Source: Streptosporangiaceae bacterium (GTDB lineage Bacteria > Actinomycetota > Actinomycetes > Streptosporangiales > Streptosporangiaceae). Taken from it: DNA of 64,000 nucleotides. The stretch spans positions 1 through 64,000 of the forward strand of contig DASRFJ010000316.1 of the NCBI GenBank assembly GCA_035651595.1, given 5' to 3'. The translations under genes were made by a program, and so were the position numbers. Each line of letters starts with the position of its first letter. Positions within the stretch are counted from its first letter, which is position 1. Shown here piece after piece: positions 58,167 to 64,000 of the stretch. The notes under the pieces were generated by a model. That model had not been told where the DNA came from and ran no database searches. It saw nothing but the letters and a program-made list of their open reading frames with translations.

Positions 58167-59577
58167 GGATCACATCCGCGGGATCCTTGTCGTCGCGCAG
58201 GCCCTTGTACACCGGGGCGCGCATCCGGCCCGCCCTGGTCCAGCGGTCGAAGTCGACCTCGATAACCAGCTCAGGTTCCACCCAGACCGCGGTCCGCGAG
58301 TGCTCCGGCGGCACCGGCTCGCCGAACGCGGGCGTGGCGCGGCGCAGCGGCTTCAGCTTCGCGCCGATCATGCGCAGCGTCTCCACGGTGAACCCGGTGC
58401 CCACGTGCCCGGCGTACCGCAGCAGGCCGTCCTCGTCGTGCACGCCGATCAGCAGCGAGCCGACCTGGCCCTCGCGGTTGCCCTGGCCTGGTTTCCAGCC
58501 GGCCACGACCACCTCCTGGCGGCGCACGTTCTTGATCTTGCGCCAGTAGTCGGAGCGCCCGCCGGGCAGGTACTTCGAGTCGAGGCGCTTGGCCACGATG
58601 CCTTCCATGCGGTGCTGGCGGGACACCTCACGGACCGCGCGCAGGTCCTCGCCGGGGAAGGACGGCGGCGCCTGCCAGAAGGGACCGCCGATCGCCAGTT
58701 CGTCGAGCAGCGCGCGGCGCTCGGAGTAGGGATGCTCGAGCAGCGGCCTGCCGTCCAGGTGGAGCACGTCGAACGCCAGATAGGTCACCGGTGTCTGGGC
58801 GGCCAGCTGGGCTGCCTGCCGGTCGTCGCGCACGTGGATCCGCGGCTGGAGCGCCTCGAACTCAGGCCAGCCGCTCGCGCCGAACACCACGATCTCTCCG
58901 TCCAGCAGCACCTGCTTGCGGCCGATCGCGGCCGGCATCCCGGCCAGCTCGGGATAGGCCATCGTGATGTCGCGGCCGGTCCTGGACATCAGCCGCAGCG
59001 TGCCGCGCTCCATGAACGCCAGCGCCCGCACGCCGTCCCACTTCATCTCCAGCGCCCAGTTCCCGTCGTCCGGCGGTTCCGGCCCCGCGAGGGCGAGCAT
59101 CGGGGTCAGCGCTACCGGCAGCGGCTGACGCTCCCGGTGGATCATCCACTGATTCCCTTTGGTCTGGAACAGCGTCCACCCGCCGCTCAGCCGCCGGCCG
59201 GTGAGCATGACCTTGACCTCAGTCGCCGCCCACTTGACCACCTGGTACGTGCCGTGATCCCAGATCGTGACCTGGCCGCCGCCGTACTCGCCCTTCGGGA
59301 TCATGCCCTCGAAGCTGGCGTACTCCATCGGGTGGTCCTCGGTGTGGACCGCGAGGTGGTTAACCGCCGGATCGTTCGGCACGCCCCTGGGCAGCGCCCA
59401 GGAGACCAGCACGCCCTCGTGCTCCAGCCGGAAGTCCCAGTGCAGCCGGCGGGCGTGGTGCTCCTGGACCACGAAGATCCCGCCGTCGGCGGCCGAGGCT
59501 ACCGGAGACCCCGCTGGCACCGGTTCTGGAGTCCGCGCGGGATCACGTTTGTCCCGGTAGGGCTGGAGCTTGTCCAC
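58156..59577 (-). CDS. ligD: NHEJ LigD 3'-phosphoesterase + ATP-dependent DNA ligase domains
   Basis: PE domain (FVVQEHHARRLHWDFRLE) followed by the ligase KxDG motif (EMKWDGVRA). Confidence 0.85.
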   Translation of the reverse strand: MDKLQPYRDKRDPARTPEPVPAGSPVASAADGGIFVVQEHHARRLHWDFRLEHEGVLVSWALPRGVPNDPAVNHLAVHTEDHPMEYASFEGMIPKGEYGGGQVTIWDHGTYQVVKWAATEVKVMLTGRRLSGGWTLFQTKGNQWMIHRERQPLPVALTPMLALAGPEPPDDGNWALEMKWDGVRALAFMERGTLRLMSRTGRDITMAYPELAGMPAAIGRKQVLLDGEIVVFGASGWPEFEALQPRIHVRDDRQAAQLAAQTPVTYLAFDVLHLDGRPLLEHPYSERRALLDELAIGGPFWQAPPSFPGEDLRAVREVSRQHRMEGIVAKRLDSKYLPGGRSDYWRKIKNVRRQEVVVAGWKPGQGNREGQVGSLLIGVHDEDGLLRYAGHVGTGFTVETLRMIGAKLKPLRRATPAFGEPVPPEHSRTAVWVEPELVIEVDFDRWTRAGRMRAPVYKGLRDDKDPADVIREP

Positions 59578-59645
59578 GCATGCCTGTCTACCCGATGCGG
59601 GGGTTCCCAGAACAGTAACGCGAAGTCGTTCGGTATAAGAAGTTT

Positions 59646-60569
59646 TTGAAATTGTATAGTAGGAATATGGGAATTGTGCTCGGCAGCGCCGTCGTGGGCC
59701 TGCTGGTCGGGCTGACCGGGGCCGGCGGCGGGGCGCTGATGACGCCGATGCTGATCCTGCTGTTCAGCGTGAAACCGTCCGCCGCGATCTCCAGTGACCT
59801 AGTTGCCGCGGTGGTGATGCGGCCGGTGGGCGCGGCGGTGCACCTGCGCCGCGGCACCGTCAACCTGCGGCTGGTCGGCTGGATGATGCTCGGGTCGATG
59901 CCGGCCGCGTTCTTCGGCGCGTGGCTGCTGCGCGAGATCCACAGCGCCGCCGACGTGGAGACCGCGCTCGGCGCCGCGCTGCTGGCCGGCGCGGCGGCGA
60001 TGGTGTTGCGCGCGCTGCTCGACCGGCGGTCCGGGCCGCGCACCGAGGAAGTACGGCAGGTCAGCGTGCGGCCACTGCCGACCGTGCTGATCGGCATCGT
60101 CGGCGGGCTGATCGTGGGCATGACCTCGGTGGGCTCGGGGTCGCTGATGATCGTACTGCTGCTGTTCGCCTATCCGCTGCTGCCCGCCAAGCAGCTCGTC
60201 GGCACCGACCTCACCCAGGCCGTGCCGCTCACCGCGGCCGCGGCGCTCGGCGCGCTGACGTTCGGGCACGTGGAGTTCGGCGTCACGACGTCGATCATCA
60301 TCGGCAGCGTGCCGGCCGTGCTGATCGGCTCGCTGCTGTCGTCGCGGGCGCCGGACCGGTTCATCCGGCCGGTGATCACGTTCGTGATCTTCATGTCCGG
60401 CCTGAAGTACGCGGGAACCGGTACCACCGCGCTCGGCGTGGTCATGGCCGTGGTGCTGGCCGGCGCGGCGGGGTACTGGGTGTTCCGTGCGCTGGCCCGG
60501 GGCGGCAAAGAGCAGCCGGACCCGGCGCCGCAGACCACGTTCGCGACGGTGGCGGACCGGGGGTCGTAG
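59646..60569 (+). CDS. TSUP (TauE/SafE, DUF81) family transporter
   Basis: Eight TM helices with the typical GxGGG segments. Confidence 0.75.
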   Translation: MKLYSRNMGIVLGSAVVGLLVGLTGAGGGALMTPMLILLFSVKPSAAISSDLVAAVVMRPVGAAVHLRRGTVNLRLVGWMMLGSMPAAFFGAWLLREIHSAADVETALGAALLAGAAAMVLRALLDRRSGPRTEEVRQVSVRPLPTVLIGIVGGLIVGMTSVGSGSLMIVLLLFAYPLLPAKQLVGTDLTQAVPLTAAAALGALTFGHVEFGVTTSIIIGSVPAVLIGSLLSSRAPDRFIRPVITFVIFMSGLKYAGTGTTALGVVMAVVLAGAAGYWVFRALARGGKEQPDPAPQTTFATVADRGS

Positions 60570-60595
60570 CCCGTCCTCTGCCACAATGGGCGTCG

Positions 60596-61420
60596 ATGAC
60601 TATCGCGTTCGTGCTCGGCGGCGGGGGCCTGCAAGGGGCCAGCGAGGTCGGCATGCTGCGCGCGCTGGCCGACGCGGGCATCCGGCCGGATCTGGTGGTG
60701 GGCACGTCGGTGGGCGCGCTCAACGGCGTGTTCGTGGCGGCCTCCCCGGCCGACGCGGTGGAGCGGCTGTCCGGGCTGTGGCAGGGCGAATCGCTCCGGC
60801 TGGCGTTCAGCGAGAGATTCTGGGGACGGATGGTGCGGCTGACCCGTTCCGGGACGCACCTGCATTCGTTCGAGCCGCTCCGGAAACTGCTTGACGAGAC
60901 ACTGCCCGGACCCGCGTTCGCGGATCTCCAGCTGCCGTTCCAGTGCGTGGCGGCGAACATCGAGCAGGCGACCGCGCACTGGTTCGGCAGCGGGCCGGTG
61001 GTGCCCGCCGTGATGGCATCCTGCGCGGTGCCCGGGCTGCTGCCCGCGGTTGCCGTGGACGGGTCACATTACTTCGACGGCGGGCTGGTTGACTCGATCC
61101 CGGTGGGCCGCGCCGTGGCGCTGGGCGCGACCGAGGTCTACGTGCTGCACGCGGGCCGCATCGAGAGCCCGCTGGCGGCGCCGCGGCGGCCTTGGGAGGT
61201 CGGCCTGGTGGCGTTCGAGATCGCGCGGCGGCACCGGTTCCACGAGGAGATGGCCGCGCTGCCGGACGGGGTGCGGGTGCACGTGCTGCCGGCCGGCGGG
61301 GACCGGCAGCCGCCGGGGCTGGCACAGTTCCGTTACCGGGACAGAAGCCGGGTGGAGTCGAGCATTTCACGTGCATATATGGCCTCCGCGGGGTATCTGA
61401 AGAAACTAGGCGGGGGCTGA
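60596..61420 (+). CDS. patatin-like phospholipase
   Basis: GGGGLQG oxyanion motif, GTSVG (GxSxG) nucleophile, and the DGG Asp. Confidence 0.8.
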   Translation: MTIAFVLGGGGLQGASEVGMLRALADAGIRPDLVVGTSVGALNGVFVAASPADAVERLSGLWQGESLRLAFSERFWGRMVRLTRSGTHLHSFEPLRKLLDETLPGPAFADLQLPFQCVAANIEQATAHWFGSGPVVPAVMASCAVPGLLPAVAVDGSHYFDGGLVDSIPVGRAVALGATEVYVLHAGRIESPLAAPRRPWEVGLVAFEIARRHRFHEEMAALPDGVRVHVLPAGGDRQPPGLAQFRYRDRSRVESSISRAYMASAGYLKKLGGG

Positions 61421-61441
61421 CCAGAGAGGGAGGCCCCGCGC

Positions 61442-62491
61442 ATGCTCCCGCCGAAGGCGGTCCGCCGGATCATCCTGGCCCCGTTCGTGGTGCTGCTGTC
61501 CCTCTCGCTGGTCGTGCTGTTCCCGCTGCTCGGGCTCGCGCTTGTCCTGCTCGGGCTGGCCAGCGCGCGCGGGTTCCGCGCTTTGCGCCTGCTGTGCTTC
61601 GCGGTCATCTGGCTGCTGGCGGAAAGCGCCGCGCTGTTCATGTGCCTGGGGCTGTGGGTGGCCAGCGGGTTCGGCGGGCGGCGGCTGCGCTCCGAGCCCT
61701 ACCGCGAGCGCCACTACGCGGTCATGCGCTGGTTCCTCGACGTGCTGTTCCGTGGTGCGGACCGGGTGTTCGGGCTGCGGGTGGCGATCAGCGAACCGGA
61801 ACCAGACGAGGCGGAGCTGGCGGCGCGGCTGACCCGGCCGGTGATCGTACTCAGCAGGCACGCCGGGCCGGGCGACTCATTCCTGCTGGTCCATCAGCTG
61901 CTGAGCGTCTACAACCGGCGGCCGCGGGTGGTGATGAAAGCGGCGATCCAGCTGGATCCGGGCGTCGACGTGGTCGGCAACCGGCTGCCCAACGTGTTCG
62001 TCAGGCACCGGCAGGCCGGCGAAGGGCTGTTTACTTCCCAGGTGGCGCGGCTCGCCGCCGACCTCGGCGACGAGGACGCACTGGTGATCTTCCCGGAGGG
62101 CGGGAACTGGACGCCCGGCCGGTGGCGGCGCGGCATCCGGCGGCTGGAGAGCGCCGGGCGGCCAGACCTGGCGAGCCGGGCGCGCCAGATGCCGAACCTG
62201 CTGCCGCCACGGACCGGCGGCACGCTCGCCGCCGTCGCGGCCTGCCCGTCGGCGGACGTGATCTTCGTGGCGCACGCGGGCCTGGACCGCCTGGTCACCA
62301 TCGGGGACGTGTGGCGGCACCTCCCGGTGGAACAGACGGTGCTGGTCAGGTGGTGGCGGGTGCCGGCCGAGGACGTGCCGCGCGCGGCGGGGCACGAGGA
62401 TCAGGTGCGGTGGCTGTACGACTGGTGGACGCTGATCGACGGGTGGATCACGCAGCACCGGCCCGCGGTCACGCCGACCTCGGCGCCGTGA
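61442..62491 (+). CDS. lysophospholipid (1-acylglycerol-3-phosphate) acyltransferase family protein
   Basis: N-terminal TM helices, HxxxxD (SRHAGPGD) and FPEGG motifs. Confidence 0.75.
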   Translation: MLPPKAVRRIILAPFVVLLSLSLVVLFPLLGLALVLLGLASARGFRALRLLCFAVIWLLAESAALFMCLGLWVASGFGGRRLRSEPYRERHYAVMRWFLDVLFRGADRVFGLRVAISEPEPDEAELAARLTRPVIVLSRHAGPGDSFLLVHQLLSVYNRRPRVVMKAAIQLDPGVDVVGNRLPNVFVRHRQAGEGLFTSQVARLAADLGDEDALVIFPEGGNWTPGRWRRGIRRLESAGRPDLASRARQMPNLLPPRTGGTLAAVAACPSADVIFVAHAGLDRLVTIGDVWRHLPVEQTVLVRWWRVPAEDVPRAAGHEDQVRWLYDWWTLIDGWITQHRPAVTPTSAP

Positions 62492-62571
62492 CCGCGCGGT
62501 AGGCGCGGCAGTGGCCGTGATGGCGGCTAATTAGCTTCCGTGCGGCGGGGCCGGGTTGGCATGCTTGGGCC

Positions 62572-63351
62572 ATGGCGATGCCGGTTCCCGAGGTGGTGCT
62601 GGGCCTGGCCGATGGCGACCGGACGAGCCTGACGTGGGAAAACGAGGTCGGCGGGCTGACCTATGAGATCGGGTCCGGGGATCGGCGGCGCTTCGTCAAG
62701 TGGGCTCCGGCTTCCAGCGGCATCGACTTGACCGCCGAGGCCGCCCGGATGCGGTGGGCGCGGCCGTTCCATCCCGTGCCCGAGGTGCTGGACACCGGGT
62801 CCGTCCCCGGCGGCACCTGGCTGGTGACGTCGGCGATGCCTGGCACCAGGGCGTCCGCCCGGCGGTGGCGCGCCGACCCGGCCACCGCGGTGGTCGCGAT
62901 CGGTGAGGGGCTGCGGGCTATGCACGACACGCTGCCGGTTTCCGGGTGCCCGTTCTCCTGGGCCGCGGACGTGCGGCTGGCCGACGCGCGCTCGAAGACG
63001 GCGGACAGCAGGATGCGGACGGACCTGTGGCATTCCTGCCACCAGGCCCTGGGCGTGGTGCGCGCGCTCGAACAGGCCGCCGACATCCCGCCGGACGACC
63101 AGCGGGTCGTCTGCCACGGCGACACGTGCCCGCCGAACACACTGCTCGGACCAGACGGCCGGTGGACCGGTCACGTCGACCTGGGCCTGCTCGGCGTCGC
63201 CGACCGCTGGGCGGACCTCGCGGTCGCCACCTGGAGCACCACGTGGAATTACGGACCGGGCTGGGAGGGCCTGCTGCTCGACGCGTACGGCATCAAGCCG
63301 GACCCGGACCGGACCCGTTACTACCGTCTCCTCTGGGACCTGAGTTCCTAG
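62572..63351 (+). CDS. aph: aminoglycoside 3'-O-phosphotransferase (APH(3') family)
   Basis: VCHGDTCPPNTLL (HGDxxxxN), DLGLLGVADRWADLA, and a C-terminal YYRLLWDL as in the Streptomyces APH(3') family. Confidence 0.75.
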   Translation: MAMPVPEVVLGLADGDRTSLTWENEVGGLTYEIGSGDRRRFVKWAPASSGIDLTAEAARMRWARPFHPVPEVLDTGSVPGGTWLVTSAMPGTRASARRWRADPATAVVAIGEGLRAMHDTLPVSGCPFSWAADVRLADARSKTADSRMRTDLWHSCHQALGVVRALEQAADIPPDDQRVVCHGDTCPPNTLLGPDGRWTGHVDLGLLGVADRWADLAVATWSTTWNYGPGWEGLLLDAYGIKPDPDRTRYYRLLWDLSS

Positions 63352-63358
63352 GTCGCCG

Positions 63359-63431
63359 AGCCGCCTATCGGAATCGAACCGATGACCTATTCATTACGAG
63401 TGAATCGCTCTGCCGACTGAGCTAAGGCGGC
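63359..63431 (-). tRNA. tRNA-Thr (anticodon CGT)
   Basis: Reverse complement reads GCCGCCTTAGCTCAGTCGGCAGAGCGATTCACTCGTAATGAATAGGTCATCGGTTCGATTCCGATAGGCGGC: cloverleaf with a GGTTCGATTCC T-arm and anticodon loop CTCGTAA. No encoded CCA. Confidence 0.85.
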
Positions 63432-63496
63432 TTGCCGCCTCGCGGGCGACTCGAAGAGTCTACTGCACGCCGGGACCCCCGTAATATCCAACAACA

Positions 63497-64000
63497 TGAG
63501 CTGGCTGCGACGGCACTGGATGGCGGGGGCACTGCTCGTGCTGGCCGCCGTCCTCCGCGGCATCGTGCTGGCCGCGTACCACCCCGCACTGATCTTCCCG
63601 GACAGTGTCCGTTACCTTCAGTACGCGCATAACTTCGCGCACGGACACTGGACTGTCGACGGACAGCGACAGAGTGGCTACTCGGTACTCATAACCCCCC
63701 TTATTTTCCCGAACGTACTGTGGCTGATCCCGCTGAGCCAGCATTTCGTCGGCATGGTGACAGCCGTCCTGGTCTACGCGGTGCTGATCAGGCTGGGCGC
63801 CAGCCGGTGGCTCGCCGCCCTCGCCACGATCCCGGTGCTGTTCGACCCGCTCCAGCTGATCCTCGAGCAGTACGTGCTCACCGATGTGTGGACCGTGCTC
63901 CTGCTGCTGGGCGCGCTGGTCATCCTGGTCTGGCGGCCCGATCGGCTGACCTGGCGGGCGGCGGCTGTCTGCGGGCTGCTGCTCGCGGTGGCCGTGATGT
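63497..64000 (+). CDS. polytopic membrane protein, paralog of 55195..56679 (putative GT-C glycosyltransferase), 3' partial
   Basis: Shared motifs with the 55195 gene (LAALAT.PVL.D..QL..EQ, LW.P). Confidence 0.45.

Overview
High-GC (about 70%) actinobacterial chromosomal window with dense coding on both strands; I call about 58 CDS, one tRNA, several hairpin terminators and a few repeat families. No transposase, integrase or CRISPR array was seen.

Core content: housekeeping genes are pyrE, a DedA membrane protein, fba, purA, purD, an LtrA-like membrane protein, purB, a MurA-type enolpyruvyl transferase, an Mcr-like CoA transferase, queA, serB, H+-pyrophosphatase hppA, marP-nudix-nth (the order seen in M. 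tuberculosis Rv3671c to Rv3674c), and a split NHEJ LigD (PE+ligase gene followed by a polymerase gene).

Regulatory and envelope content:
- Two unusual membrane proteins fuse a complete ECF sigma factor to a zinc-finger (HxxxCxxC) anti-sigma motif, a transmembrane segment, a Pro-rich linker and an extracytoplasmic domain.
- A canonical ECF sigma sits next to an anti-sigma with an internally duplicated ectodomain, followed by a diiron (AurF-like) protein, a ThrE-type exporter, a hemerythrin and a DUF2231-Rieske protein.
- A STAS/RsbW partner-switching pair, a GAF sensor kinase with a LuxR regulator, and a degenerate GGDEF protein are present.
- A small Cys-rich, Pro/Thr-repeat surface protein with a C-terminal sorting signal is followed immediately by its own sortase.

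Most unusual signals:
1. A ~1.9 kb non-coding, lower-GC island (45903..47816) with intrinsic terminators, GATCAC motif clusters, GGCTGGCGCG-type tandem repeats and an AT-rich palindrome in front of a holin-like gene.
2. A ~125 bp element built around a perfect 20-21 bp C7/G7 palindrome, present twice between convergent genes, with a compensatory stem substitution between the copies.
3. Three gene junctions (MgtE-N/CBS protein vs CoA transferase, queA vs serB, sigma-ZAS protein vs nth) where the upstream ORF has no stop codon, and a 1-nt frame change would in each case give a canonical ATGA-type or stop/stop overlap. This suggests indel errors near the 3' ends, or something stranger.

All calls rest on manual translation and motif recognition only; no database search was possible.
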